DNA of 64,000 nt, from assembly GCA_013239625.1 (NCBI GenBank), contig MU053629.1, positions 4,057,567-4,121,566 of the forward strand, written 5' to 3'. This document shows, piece by piece, positions 11,856 to 24,975 of the stretch. The position numbers and the translations under genes are program-made. The stretch comes from Lama guanicoe. Its lineage: Eukaryota. A model generated the notes under the pieces. The model had not been told where the DNA came from. It saw only the letters and a program-made list of their open reading frames with translations, and did no database searches. Numbering within the stretch: position 1 is the first letter of the stretch; every line of letters begins with the position of its first letter.

Positions 11856-13499
11856 CAAATGCAATGCTTTGTGATAAAAAGGGACTGTGGAACAAGTAAG
11901 TTTCAATATGCCAGTTTCTGCTGTCAGAGATTCAAAAAACTAGATTGGATTATTACAGTCTTAATGTAAGAATAGTTGTCTAACCCAATGCTTCCCAAAA
12001 TGTTTGTCCACCAACGTCTCCCCCACCGCCCATCCTTTCCAGGATACCAATGGACATCCCATGGAATACACTTTGGGAAATAAGCAATAGAGGAAAGAGT
12101 ATGGGCTTTGGAGTCAAGGAAGATCTAAGCTGAGTGCTGTGTGGCTTCAAGCATATCACTTAACCTCTCTGAGCCTGAGAGTCCTACTCCATAAAATGAG
12201 GGAGAGTCATAGAGATGAAAGATAACCCAGATAAAGCACCTGGCACTGTACCTGGTTGCTACTTGAGTCTTTGGCCATTCTCATTAACTCTGGATCATGC
12301 TTTGGGAAGAATATGACATTAGAGGCAGAAGATCCTGGCTTGAGAGATAGTTGTACCACTTTTGTGAGACTCTGGGTGAGTGACTTCATTTTTCAGAGCC
12401 TCCGTGTTCTGAACTGTAGTGTGGAGATGATAACGTCCACTTGGGGGAGAGGAGGTATGTGAAAAAATTTGGCACAGAGCAGGCTCACCCAATGTCAGAG
12501 GTGCTGTCTGAGCTGAGCTGGGTCCACAGACCCTGTGGGCAAGCTCCACCCCTGCCTCTTCCCTGAAGGCGACATCCAAACAGAGCATCTTGGTGCAGGA
12601 AGTCAGGCAGGGTGGCTTTGGCATTTCTGTGTCGCCCTGCCTCCCAGCCCGCCCCTCCATCTTCCTCAGGAATCACCGCTGGGCCCCCAGGGGGGCTCCC
12701 CAGGGCAGACCTCTGCTCCAACCCACTCTGTCACCTTGTCACCCAGGCCCGCAGCACTCAGGGCAGCTCCCAGCCTTCACTCGGGCCGGGTTCCCCAGAG
12801 CACAAGGTCGAAGCCACCGATGTGTGGTGGAGTCTTGACTCTGCCACGGGAACCTCAGGAAATCACTGCCCCTCTGAGCCTCATTTTGGCTTGAAATGGC
12901 CTTGAAAGTGGAGATGAGGAGACAGCTGGACTTGCTTCACAGGGTTGTGAGGAAGATGAAGTGAGAAAAAGATGTACCTGTGAACGGGCTTGTAAGTGAT
13001 GCCGTGAGCTAAGTCGTTGGTCACTGCAGGGTCCTTGGCCATCCCAGCTTCTCTCTTGAGGCCTGTCATTGTCCTTAGGAGCCCTCCCCCTCTCCAGAGC
13101 CCAGAACTTTGCTTTCTCTGTAACATTCACGTTGTGCTAACCGCTAACAGCTGTTTCCCCGATTCCCCCTCAGCGCTCCCGGACCCGCCCCTTCGCCCCG
13201 AGCATCTCCGCGAGGCTCCCTGTGCCTTCACTCTTGCCGGGCGCACAGGCCCGGCCACCGCTCTTTCCATGGGATGCCTTCAAGTCTCACGTCTTCGGCA
13301 GGCCCCTCCGCCAGCCCTGAGAGCAGCTTCTTTCCTTAACAATGCTCGGTGCTCTATTGTGTGTGCGCCCCGCGCCCCACGCTGCGCTGGGGGCTGGGCT
13401 CCTCTTGTGACACCAGACCTATCAACAGGGACCGGCCGATGAGGCTGCTGCCATCTCGCTCATCCCAGGCAGAAACACGGGGCCAGAACTTGAGCAGAA

Positions 13500-13617
13500 A
13501 TGCCCCGAAGGTTCCCGGCCACCCAGCGGTGCAGGTTGGACTCGCACTTTGACCGTGACTCCCACCCCAGCCCTTTCCACCCCTCTCAGGGCTGCCCACT
13601 CCGGCCACGTGGAAAAG
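13500..13617 (+). CDS. Candidate first coding exon of a hypothetical 111-aa protein
   Basis: ATG at 13500 with purine at -3, downstream of CpG-rich 13170-13440; consensus donor AAG|gtaagt (13618-13623); phase 1. Confidence 0.15.
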
Positions 13618-15265
13618 GTAAGTTTTCTGACTTGCTAGTTCCCTGGGGGAAGTTGCAGGGCGGGTTTGGGGCAGGGAGCGGCTGGTGTGAGAGACAGATG
13701 ATGGAATTTGGCTTGTCTCCGGGGAAGAGCACACACAAGGTTGAGTGAGCAGGCCCCGCTCTGAGAAGGCAGATGCTCAGGCCCCCGGGAGCCTGTCCGA
13801 AGGCAGGGCCAGCCTCCCTGCTCTGTCCTTCGTGCAGGAAGGGAGGGCTCTGTGACCCTTGGTGCAGCCTGGAGGGCCCTTCAGAAACAGGTGGAAAATG
13901 GAGAAGAGAGAAAACCAGTGGGAGAAGGACACTGGTCCAGGGGCCCACGGCGAGTCCCGGCCCCTGCCTCTCTTCCCTTCTGGATGTTGGAGCTGGAGGC
14001 CCAGCCACATTCCTCCCCTCTGCTCACCCCCAGGCCCTCTGCTTTGGCTCCAGACCCCGGGCAGGAGGGGCCTGCAGGCTGCCTGTGTCTGTCCAGGGTG
14101 TGAGGGGCGGGGTGGGGGGAACAGTTCCCAAAGACACACAGCTGCCAGATACCTTCCCACGTTCAGGGGCCCCAGAGGGGAGGCGAGGCCCTTCGGTCAC
14201 CACTCTGGGTTAGGGCGTCAGCTTGGCACCTCTGCTCCCCTCTCGAGCTCCAAACTGCCTTTCCCTGTATCCCCTTCCCTGGAGCTGAGGTATGAGTTGG
14301 TAACACATGCAAGATGAACGTGAAATCCAGAGTTTGGGGGTGAAGCCAAACCCAGGGAGGCGCTCAGTGCATCCAGCTTGGCCTGGCCCCTCTCCTGTCC
14401 ACGTCCAGCTAGTCTCCCTGACTCCATCAGCCATCAGCGGTCCCCAGGCCACCACCGGGCACCGCCACAGGGCAGCAGCCCCCTCAGAACTGTCTCTCTC
14501 CATGGCCATTTGCCTCCAATCTTCCCTCAGGCTCAGGCCTGCCCACCAAGCCGGGGCCCGAATCCCAAAGATGCCCAGGGAATGAGGGGCAGGGCTGGGG
14601 GATGGCTCCTCCCAGAGAGGCCGGGGGTGTAAGTGGCCTGAACGTGGACAGACACCTCCCAGCCCATCACTGACCCACCTGTGAGAGCTCAGAGGAGCCA
14701 CGCCCCCCACCCCCCACCCCCGCCCAGAGCCCCCACTTCCCTGTCTGGGAATGTGGATAATAGTCGTTCTCTCTAGAGTGGTTGTGAGGGTTTGAACTCA
14801 TGTCCTCAAGCTCCTGCCCCTGGAAGTTTACCCCGAAATGGTCATCGGGACAATTACCTCTTATATGAACATAAGTTACTTGCTTTCTAGAACATATGCC
14901 CCTTTCATGTGAATGTACATTCAAAAAACAATGATAAAGGAAAATGAGGCTGTAACTCCAAGTATCCACTGCGTCCCCCCCCAGCTCCCTAAGAGCCTGG
15001 TCCCTCTCTGAGGGGCCCTCTTGGTGTCTGTGACTGGTCTGAGGTCTCCCCTGCACTTGGGTCTCAAAAATCTCACAGTTCTTTGCTTTCCTAAGTCAAG
15101 CTCAGCCTGAATCCTGCACCCACGTATAAGAGGGCCAGTTTTGTGTATTTCTATAGCAGCCTGATTCCCACTCCTTTCTTAGATGGTGTCTGGGGACACA
15201 GGGCAGGGCCTGGCCCGTAGTCCAGGCTGTGGCTGTCGACACTGTCACTGCCCCTTCCTCTGCAG

Positions 15266-15483
15266 GTGACTGCGTGGGGCCTGGTCTTTCTCCTCTGGTC
15301 CCCGCCGTGTGGGGCTGGTTGCACTTACAGCCACCAAAGACCCCCGTCCAGCCCCCGGCCCCCACCACCAGCCCATCAAAGCCCTGCCTGCATGGGGAGG
15401 AGGCACAGGACGCCACCTCGGAACTGACAACCCCCTGCTGTCCTCCCCCAGCGGAGTGTGGACGGGCAGCCACCATCTTCTAG
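15266..15483 (+). CDS. Candidate terminal exon (DCVGPGLSPLVPAVWGWLHL...RAATIF*)
   Basis: Strong acceptor ccccttcctctgcag|; frame open to TAG 15481-15483; AATAAA at 15736-15741; no recognised homology. Confidence 0.2.
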
Positions 15484-16118
15484 GTGCCAGGGTACCACCT
15501 CTCTGACCCTCAAGGCACTCTGGCCCCCAGGGTCTCCTTCCAACACCTGGGAAAAGCCAGGTCTACCCGCAGGATGGACCAAACATAGTGACAGCCCCGA
15601 AGCCTACAAAGGCTGCTGCTTTGCCCACCTCTGCCTGACCTTGAAACTCAAAGTCCTGGATTCCCCTTCCCCAGGGAGAGAGAGAGAGATGCTTCATTTT
15701 CTTTTACCACAAAATTATGATATCAATTTTTTTTCAATAAATAACTTGCAACCTAACTGCTCAGGCCCCTGGGACCCACCTACCTGGGTTTCTGCCCCAA
15801 ACTCTTGAATTTTTGGAGAAGGAGCCAATTCCCTGCTAGCCAGCCCCCAGCCACTTGAGATGAGCTTAGCTCCCAACTCAGACCAGGACTTGCTTGCTGT
15901 GATTTGCTAAGGGTGAGTTTGCACCCATTGCTCCTACAAGCACCGCAGCCAGTGGAAGGGGTGGGAGGAAACCACAAAGCCTCAGGATCCTGAAGGCTTT
16001 CAGAAATCCATCAAGAAATATGCCCACAGGTGGCAAGTGGGCATGTAATTTATCACCCACTTGGTAGAGTACCTACACTTGGTAGCGACCAAATGATCTG
16101 TCATTCAGACCAGGATAC

Positions 16119-16120
<2 letters not shown>

Positions 16121-16152
<32 letters not shown>
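16121..16152. repeat. (GT)16 microsatellite
   Basis: Read directly from sequence. Confidence 0.98.
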
Positions 16153-16153
<1 letters not shown>

Positions 16154-16708
16154 GAAGGTTGCCGGGGTGGTGGTGGGGGTCATTAGTAACTGTTCCAAGC
16201 AGCAGGTGTAAATCAGGCTCTTCCCAGGCAGTCCTGGACATGTAGTCGCCCATTAATTGGGAACTGGGATCTATTATTTTTATCTCATTAGCTCCTGTGA
16301 AACTCTGGGCAAGTTCACGGTCTCCAATGCAGAGATAAAGACGCTGAGGTTGAAAGCAGGAATGTGATATCCCCAAGGCCAGGCAGACCATTAGGGGCAG
16401 CCTCGGGCCTTCCAGGTGGACTCTGTCCTCCGCAGCCTTTGTCACTGGCCCAGTCCCTCCTCATGCTGGTTCAAGGCTCCCCTTGTCTGTCCGGAGAACC
16501 TCCAAGGGGTCCCATTCTTAAGGCAGTTTCCAGCATCAGGGCCAGAAAAGGACACTTCTGGAACTTTGAAGGAAGAGGACACAGGTATCTTTACAGTGTA
16601 GATGAGGAGAAACCCCGGCCTGAGGCAGGGGACTAAATGAGATGACTTCTGAGAACATCGAAAGCTGGGAAAGAGTCACAAAATCCCAGACCCCGCCCGG
16701 TGCGGTAC

Positions 16709-16742
16709 TGCATTGTACTATAAAGACCACAAGAGGGCGCCC
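16709..16742 (+). promoter_or_regulatory. CTCF binding motif with possible upstream module
   Basis: CCACAAGAGGGCGC at 16727-16740 closely matches the CTCF core; TGCATTGTA just upstream resembles the ZF9-11 upstream motif. Confidence 0.65.
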
Positions 16743-16819
16743 TTGCACCAACAAAGACAGGCGCCTTAAACAGTCTTCCCACAGCTACAGAGCCAGGAAA
16801 AGCCTGTCACTTTTCTGTA

Positions 16820-17990
16820 ACTCATTTGATTGTTTTTGTTTTCAAAAAGTAGCAAGCACAGTACAAGTAGTCCCCCCCCCCACCAACCATTACGAATAAG
16901 TTGCTGAAACGACTCCCGCAAGTCCACCAAATTCTTGTGTGTTTCCTACAGACAAGCACATGTTCTAACCACACTGCCGCCATCAAAATCAGAAAATTCA
17001 CATCGAAACCTCGGTGCCTCCTACTCGGCAGCCCCCTTCCCCGTTTTGCCGTGATAACCTTTGCAGCAAAATACCCAGAACAGAAGCACGCTTGCACTTA
17101 GTTGTCAAGTCTCTCCTTGCATTTCTTCAGCTTTGAGGACGTCTCTCAACTGGGGGTTGTCTGATCTCATTCAGGTCCTGCGTCTTCAGCGGGAATCCCC
17201 CCTGCTCTTTTCCAGTGCTGACTTGTCACTGCATCCCACCAGAGGGGCAAGATTTTTATTTGTCCCATTCCTGGTGACGTGTTTTCATCACTTGATTAGG
17301 ATGGTGTCTGCGGACTTCACCGCAATGTTATTCTTCTGCTGTCTGTAATTGATAAGTTTTGTGGAAGGTAGTCTGACACCATGTAACTATCTTGTTCAAT
17401 TTCTTCATTTATTTACTTGTGTGCGTACGGACTCAGGGTCTCGTATTCTGCCCAATGGGTTATAATCTGTTACCCACATTATATAATTTGGCGCTCAGCT
17501 TGTCCCAGATTTGCCCGGTGGGACCCCCTTTGAGGTGGCACCTGTGCCCCTTTGGCACGTCCGCATCATTCTCGGAGCACTTCTTTGCTTTCTGGCACCA
17601 CAAGATGTTTCAGGCTCATCGGGCACTTTCTCTGCCCCAGTTTTGGAATCAGCCATTTCTCCAAGGAAATACTCTAGCTTTCTAGACATGGAGAGAGAGA
17701 AGCCAGGTGTGCCTTAGGCCTTCTCTCAGTTCTGCTGTGTTAGTCCCTCCAGAGGCTCCCGGGGGGGTTCTGGATCCTCCAGGTCCTGAGTCTTCTAGAG
17801 ATTCTGCAGCCCAAGCCGTGCTGGTGCTTGGCTTTCCCGCTACTGTGTGAGTGCTCTGTTCTCTTGGGTTTCTGTCTTCCAATGTTCTGTTGCCATTGTT
17901 TCTTCTCCTGTCCTCCCGATCTTTGTACTTTTTTTTTTTAATCACCCTTTCCAGTTTTTGTGGGGAGGACTGAGGAGGCAGCAAAAGGAG
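16820..17990 (-). mobile_element. Old L1 (L1MC-like) 3' region
   Basis: 'tttctggcaccacaagatgtttcaggctcatc...ggaatcagccatttctccaagga' and 'gctcagcttgtcccagattt'. Confidence 0.7.
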
Positions 17991-18479
17991 ATGTGGGTGT
18001 CTACTCTGCCGTCTTGACTCACCCCCCTTCCCTCGCCCCTACAGCAGACTGACTTTTGGGTTGTCGTCTTTGTCCACCCCAGCTCCCCAGCTGGCCTGTG
18101 AGAGTCCCGCTGGACATCGGGGAGGAACTCAGTACACCTTTGACAGACAGATGTGTCCTTTCTGCAAAGAATCTGCCAACAGGGGGTCTGTGACATCTTG
18201 CCACCCGTCATTCATTCAACATCCCACAAATTAGAGCATCCTCACCAGGACTTTGACCCCAAGGACCTATTGACCTCATCCTGTCCCCTTGAGATCCTTC
18301 CTCCAGCTCCAGGCTGTTCCTGGACCCTGGGCAGCCCTTCTCAGGGACAGAAATGGTGCCCAAGAATGGGCCCAGCTTTGGAGTGGTCATGACCACATCA
18401 GCTCCCCGTCCAGCCACTCCCTTGCATGTTCTTGAGTGGGCTTCCAACTGCCATGCCTGCAAATGTAAGATGAATGATT

Positions 18480-18838
18480 AGGGCTGGTCTCCTCCTGCTT
18501 CCAGGTGTTTCTCAGCAACTGTGTGCTTGGGTGGGGCCATGTGACTAGTTCTCACTGATAACTTATGAGCAAAAATAATGTGTGTAACTTCCGAGTTTGA
18601 TCCTGTAGTCACTGATACAAGACCCTCCAGAGCCTTCCCTCTGCCGCCATGGTTGCTGGTATTTCTGATGATGGCTCCTCTGTGAGTCTGGGTCTCAGAG
18701 TGAGAACAAGGGTGAAGTGGAACAGAAGTCCCAGCCAACCTGCAAGGTCATAAGTGAGAGACAAATCTGCCGTAGGTCATGGAAAGGTGAGGGGCTCTTT
18801 GTTACTGCAGCATAACCTAGCTTCCCTGACTGATACAC
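18480..18838 (+). mobile_element. MaLR LTR (MLT1G-J-like)
   Basis: 'tggggccatgtgactagttct...tttgttactgcagcataacctagc...ctgactgataca'. Confidence 0.75.
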
Positions 18839-19859
18839 CTCGTAGAGTTGTGAGGGGTGTGTAGTAACATGTGAACGTGCACACGGTCTGCCTGGCACTC
18901 AGCAGGTACTCAACAAATGTGATCTCTTTGTGATTCAAGGAAACCTGAGAGACTGCATATGGTTCAGGCAACCTGTCCCACATCTGAGCACAAGAGGCAA
19001 AGGTCCCTAAGCACTGTCAACATGGCCACTCTCAGGGGCAAATGAATGTACAATTATTCAGATCCCAATTCAGTGCCGGACTCAACTGATGGAAATTAAG
19101 CCATTACTACATGGCAGGCCAGAGGCCAGTGCTCATGCTGTGAATTCAGGGAGTCGTGGTCTGGTTGGGGTCACAGACACAGGGGACCAGCTCATGTGAC
19201 AGGGGTCAGAGCAGTAGTTGCAACACTTCGGGGGTGCTGAGCCCCTGGGCGACTGTCATGAGCGCTGTGGGACTCCTTTCTGGGAAGTCACACGTGAGCC
19301 TCTGTACACACGCCCACACATTTTGCACACACCTTCAGTAGCTTCCAGGCCCGGGTTAAAATGCCTGCACCAGGGAAGCCCAGAGGGCTGTGCAGCTGTT
19401 GGGTTCCTGGCCACATGTGGCCTTTGGTGGCCACTGGGTCCCAGCACAGGAGCTCTCAGGCAGGGCCTCCCCACTGCTCCTCCCCCCAGGGCCGAGGCCA
19501 AGTGCCCCCATTAGGTTCCATTTCCTGTTTACATGCCCTGGTTCTCTCTGCAATGCCTCATCCCACCTGCACCTGCATCATGACGTCTCTCCTCCTCCTG
19601 GCACCATCGTGAATGCAGCACAGGGACCTGGAATTAAGCCCAGGGTCCACCACTAACTGGCCATGTGACTCTGGGCCTCGATTTTCTCACCTGTGAAATG
19701 AAGGTGATGCAAACACTCGCCCTGCCTGCTGCTCCACAGGAGCCCTGTGAGACTCAAATCCAAAAATGGGCATGAAAGATCTTTCCAAACTTGGCGGTTC
19801 TTTAAGAAGGTGAATTTGTTTCAGTTAGATCTTACCCTTTCCAGGGAGCTAGGCAGAAC

Positions 19860-20010
19860 AGATAATTTTATCCCCATTTTACACATGAGGAAACTGAGGC
19901 ACAGAGAGGTTAAGGGACTTACCCAAAGTCCCACAAGCAGTGAGTGGCAGAGCCAGGGTTATAGTCCTGTGAGTCTGAATCTAGTCTCTGCTTCACCAAG
20001 CCATGTCTCT
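19860..20010 (-). mobile_element. MIR SINE (an oppositely oriented MIR lies at ~19630-19790)
   Basis: 'tatccccattttacacatgaggaaactgaggcacagagaggttaag'. Confidence 0.85.
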
Positions 20011-22719
20011 ACAAAACCCTCATGAAAAGAAAATCCTGCTGGATTCCACCCTGCGGGAAAGGACTTCTCCTGACCTCGGGGCCCACTGTTCTGGGAACCA
20101 ATGAGCAGGTAAGGGGACATCACCCAGAAGTACAATGGGGGAGTGTGCCTCCATCCATCCTGACACACTGGAATTTGGGGACAAAGTGATGCCCGTGATG
20201 AGCTGAAGCTGGAATGTGACAAGATGTGGCAGAAACAGTTAACGTGGCTGCACATTCTAGCAGGGTCAGGTCCCGGCTGGTCACGAAAGGGACTCTGCCC
20301 TCAGTTCCATGTGCCAAGGAGCTGAGTGACTCATAGCACCCTTGGTCTGTGGTTATTAAATATGTCATCGCTCCATCTGCTTCCCAAACTCAGCCCCTGT
20401 GCAGCCACCTGTGACTAAGCCCGCCTTAGTCAACAAGCAAGTCAACATGCTGGGGACATTTGGTAGGTGAAAGCTGTCGAGGATATCGGGGGGCTGTGTG
20501 TTTTTCCTGGCACCAGGATCAGGGTGACTAAGAGAGGCATGCATAACCATAGGAACAACCCCTCCTACTTATGCAGTCCCAAGAGTCTCCAGAACATTTT
20601 TGTACATAAGATCTTGCTGATCCCTGCAGCTGTTTTGTAAGCAAGGGATTGCAGAACTAGTCACCCTGGGGCTTAAGAGTGCAGAGATAGCAAACCGCCT
20701 GCTCTCAGGCCGCTCTCCTCCACTCCCTTGCTCATGGCAGACATCATTAATCAATCACATCACTCTTCCCAGTTCAGAATCTTTCTCTACATAGCCCTCC
20801 ACATAGCCACTACCAGTCGATTGACGATCACCATCCCTGATGTAGTGGATGGAGGTTGATTACCTACATGGCTGGGCGACCTGGGGCAATTCTTGTCAGT
20901 TTTCCCATCTGAAAAACAGGAAGATAGACTGGAAATCCTGTGTTTCTGTGAAACGGTCTCTCTTCCTTCTCTGCTCCCTTCAACGTCATTGTAGCTCAAT
21001 TGTCTCTTGTCACCTCTGCAGGGACCCCATGCCGGTCTCCTCTCTGGGCCCCGGTGCATGGTGGAAACTTGCCAGCGTGCTCTTCCCAAAGTTCTCAGCT
21101 CAAGAACTTCTAGAAGTCCCCCACCGCCTTCCCAAGAGAGTCCAGCTTCAGACTGTCCATGATCTGGCCCTGCTGCTCATCTCCAAACTCAGTGACCAGA
21201 TTCCATGTCACACCCCCTGGTTTCAGCCAAGGTGAACGTGTTTGTCTCTGTGTGGCCCACACTATCCCACCCCGGGCCTTTGCCCACACGGCCCCTCTGC
21301 CTGGGGTGCTGCCCTCACCTCCACGCTCCATGCTGACTTCGCAAAGCCTTTTCTGTCTTCAAAAGCCATCTTAGTGCTCCTACCTCCTTAAGGACCTCAC
21401 GAATTCTCCACAATAGGGGGTGCTCTCTGCCTCCTATACATTTTAGTGCATTATTTTTCTTGTTCTCTTCCCACATGCCTATCCCTGCCCCTTCCTCAAC
21501 CTTCTGACTCACTTACTGAGGAAATTCCAGGTCACTCACAGCCGGCATTCTGTGCAACAAACAGGAGCATCACCTGGTCTGTCCCCCTTCCTTCCAAACA
21601 GAAGTCATGAGGAAGGCATTTTCTGAGACCAGGTGCCAGGTGCTGACCGGGCCACCTGGGGCCCGTGGTGCCCTCAGTTCTTTCCCTCTAGGGAGGGGTG
21701 CAGGCATCAGAGAGGTAGCTTTGGTTCTGAAATGGAACCGCCTTTGCAAAGTCTGTGCCCCGATAGGGGCAGGGAAGGGTAATAGGAAGACAGGCCAGTC
21801 AGGGGGTAAGGCTCCCTCCCCTCTTCTCCTCCCTCTCCAGGAACCTTCATTTTCTGTGCATATTTACTGAACACTTCCTGACACACAGCAAGGACAATGA
21901 CCTGGTCTCTGCCCTAATTGTGGGGACAAGACACTCACAGGCCTCTGTGCTTGTGCTCAGGCTGTTTGCACTATCTGGACTACACTGCTACTCCCTCCCC
22001 CTAACCCGGTCTGGATCTCCCAGTCCAGCGCCACCTCCTCCAGGAAGGCCTCCCTGATTGCCTCATCTGGCCATGAACTCTGCTCATTTAAAGGACTCCC
22101 TTAGTCCTTTAACACTCATGGAGTGTTCATCCAGCTCCACCTTGCCTGCCAGGGAGATCTTTAAGCCAGAGTCCCTTTCCAAGCCTCTCTGACAGCCTTG
22201 GACCTAGACATCCTGACAACTGGGTGCCCACAAAGATCTGCCCTCAGAATGAGCAACGAGCATCCAGCATTAAGCGGGGATGCGGGAGCATGAGCCTCCC
22301 AGGGCCCTTTTCTGAAAAGTTGTCTAGAGCAAAGGGCCTGGAGAGGCAGGTCGGGCCGTAGGGAGCAGCTGGGGAAGATTAGGGCCCTCCCCCTGCCCTG
22401 ATGGGCTGAATGCCTTCATGCCAAATTCCAGGGCGTGATAGTAAAAACCAACTCTCCTTGAGGTTTTTCTAGGCCCGGGGCCAGGGGTCCGGGCTTCCCC
22501 ACAATTGCCCTCACGCCTGACAACACGGAAGGGCCTCGGGCCGCCCCACCTGGAGCAGGTCTCGTGAGGACCCGGCTAAGCCAGGAGGGCTGCGTGAGCC
22601 TCCTCGGAAAAAGGCAGCCTGGGCCGAGGTCCTGGCTGTGTCACTCACTAGCTGGTGACAACAGGTAAGTGGCTTGGTCTCTCAGGTTCCCAGCTCTTTG
22701 CTCTAAAATGGAGCCAGTC

Positions 22720-22972
22720 ACCACAAAAAGACAAATAGCATGTGATTCCTCTTGTGTGAGAGATGCTTCAAGTCGGCTCGTTCACAGAGTGGTTGCCAGG
22801 GGATGGGGGAGCGGAGACTGTTTAACGGGCCCAGAGTTTCAGGTTTGCAAGATAAGAGTTCTAGGGGTGGGGTGCAAAATAGTGTGAATGCTCTTGACTC
22901 TACTGAACTGCATCTTAAAAATGGTTAAGGTGGTAAATTTTACATTACGTGTATTTTACTCCAATTAAACTT
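22720..22972 (+). mobile_element. L1MB-like 3' end inserted into a MIR
   Basis: 'gtggttgccagggg...actgaactg...cttaaaaatggttaaggtggtaaatttt'; MIR halves at ~22620-22715 and ~23010-23095. Confidence 0.8.
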
Positions 22973-24975
22973 TTTTAACCTAAAAAAGTGGGGGGGGCAG
23001 CAAGAGCTCTTCCTTCATGGGGTTGTTGTGAGAATGAAATGCGATGATCACCTCGGTCACTCTGTACAGTGTGTGAAGTGCCAAGCACACTGAATACATC
23101 CCGTCCTTCCTTCCCGTCCCTCTTCCTACGAGGGCAGGTCCCTGCGGCTGCAGTGGGCTTCACATGTGGCTGAAGCCCCTGGAAGTGCTCGTGGGCGCAG
23201 AGCCGCGGTAGGAGGTGGTCATCTTCTCGGAAGAGCTGGTGTGCAAGTGGAGGTCGGCGGCCAAGCCATGCTATGGGGGTGGCCTCTGAGCTCCCTCCTC
23301 TCCCGGGCTCTGAGACCGCTCCCACCACCATCTTAAGCGGCTGTACTCACGTCCTGGTCTTTCCACCCCCTACCTCGCATCCCCCATCCAGACAGGTCCA
23401 GAGGATCAGCCTCAGGCCTCCCTGGGCAAGGCCCCGGCCCTGCAGGAGCTCCTGGTGGGTTCAGGTGAGCAACGGAGGAACCAGCGACAGAAGCCCCAGC
23501 TGACAAGCTGCTGCAGGTCACAGCTCAGGCCCCTGCGGCCCCAGGAGGGGGGTCGCTGGGGAGCGAAGGAGCGAGGTGGCTAGAAAGGCAGTGGAGGCTT
23601 GAGGCCGAAGCCAGGCGTTAGACCTCCCTTCCCTGAGCCCGTGTCTTCCCCTGTGAGAGGCTGTGACGACAGCACCTCTTTTGGGGGGTCGTTGGGACAG
23701 TAAATGTCATGATGCGTGACAGTGATGGAACACAGTGATCCTCGGCAAACAGCCATATATGTAAATGGTTAGTTGTGTGTTTAGTAGAGTGCGTTCAATC
23801 TGTTTTTGAGATAAAAGGACAGAGAGGAGAGACAGGGGCCAGGGGTCCTGCTGGCATCCTTCCTGGGCTGAGGCGCCTTCCACACTCTGATCACCTCCCC
23901 CTCCGCCCCTCCAGCCATGACTCCTGTCAGAGCAGGGTCAAGTGGCCCAAAGACCCAGCTCCCCAGGGCTCCCAGGGAGACCCCAAAGGGCCCCCCGTTC
24001 CTCAGCCAGTCCTCCCTCCCCATACAGAGGCCTGGAGGCGGGCACAGGGACACCCAGGACCTGAGTCTTCAGCTCAGGGCTCTCTCTCCTCACCCCGAGG
24101 AGAGGTATCGCGAAGCCCACTCCCCACACGGGGTCTTCGGCTCTGCCCATCCCTCCAGATGCAGCTCACAAGCTCGCTTCATTTCCTCTGTCCCGGGGGA
24201 GCTCACCCAACCGTAGGAAGCTCTCAGCACAGAGGAAGCCTCTGCCATTTGTCAGGAGGCAGTTTAGAAGTGATGAATTCCCGGGAGCAGTATCGGCAGA
24301 GCCATCCCAGGACAGCCCCGGGTCTCACCCGGCACATGGGGGTGGAGAACCCTGTGGAAATCAATTCTCTAACCTCCTGTGAACCCTCCAGGAGAGGAAG
24401 CCAGAGGCAGGGTTAGGGTTCAAGTGAGACAAAGCCAGGACGTGTCCAGGTAGTCTTCTGTTTGCACGATGACACAAATAATTATACAGTAAAAATATTA
24501 GTCATAACAGTTAAAAGAGCTAATATTTACTGTGCATCTGAGGTGGATCAGACCACTGTTCCAAGGGCTTTTACATCGATTATCTAACAGTAGATGCTAC
24601 TGTTATCCCATTTTACAGAGGAGGAAACTGAGGCTCAGAGAAGGAAAACCAAAGCCACCAGTTAAGCAGAGGGTTGCGATTCCAGCGCCTACCTGCCAGC
24701 CCCTTAAAGACCCGGTGGGCACAGGATATGAACCACTGGCTGAGACACTTCTTGTGGGAGTCGCGTGAACCAGTGTGTGCAAAGGCGCCCAGCAAACTCT
24801 AAATGGAGTTATTAATAAAATGACAGCCTCCCTCTCTAGATGATCTCAGAACCAAACACATAAGCAACGCTCTTTTTCTTCAAGAATGGTCAGCGGGGTC
24901 TCACCTTCCCAGCGGAGGCCAAGGGAGAGGCTATTTCCATAACAGCTTTAGAGCAGAAGAGACAGCCTGGACATG

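Noticed and set aside
23775..24416. 213-aa ORF
   Set aside because: Non-ATG start, Pro/Gly/Ser-rich composition typical of GC-rich noncoding DNA, no recognisable domain or supporting splice structure
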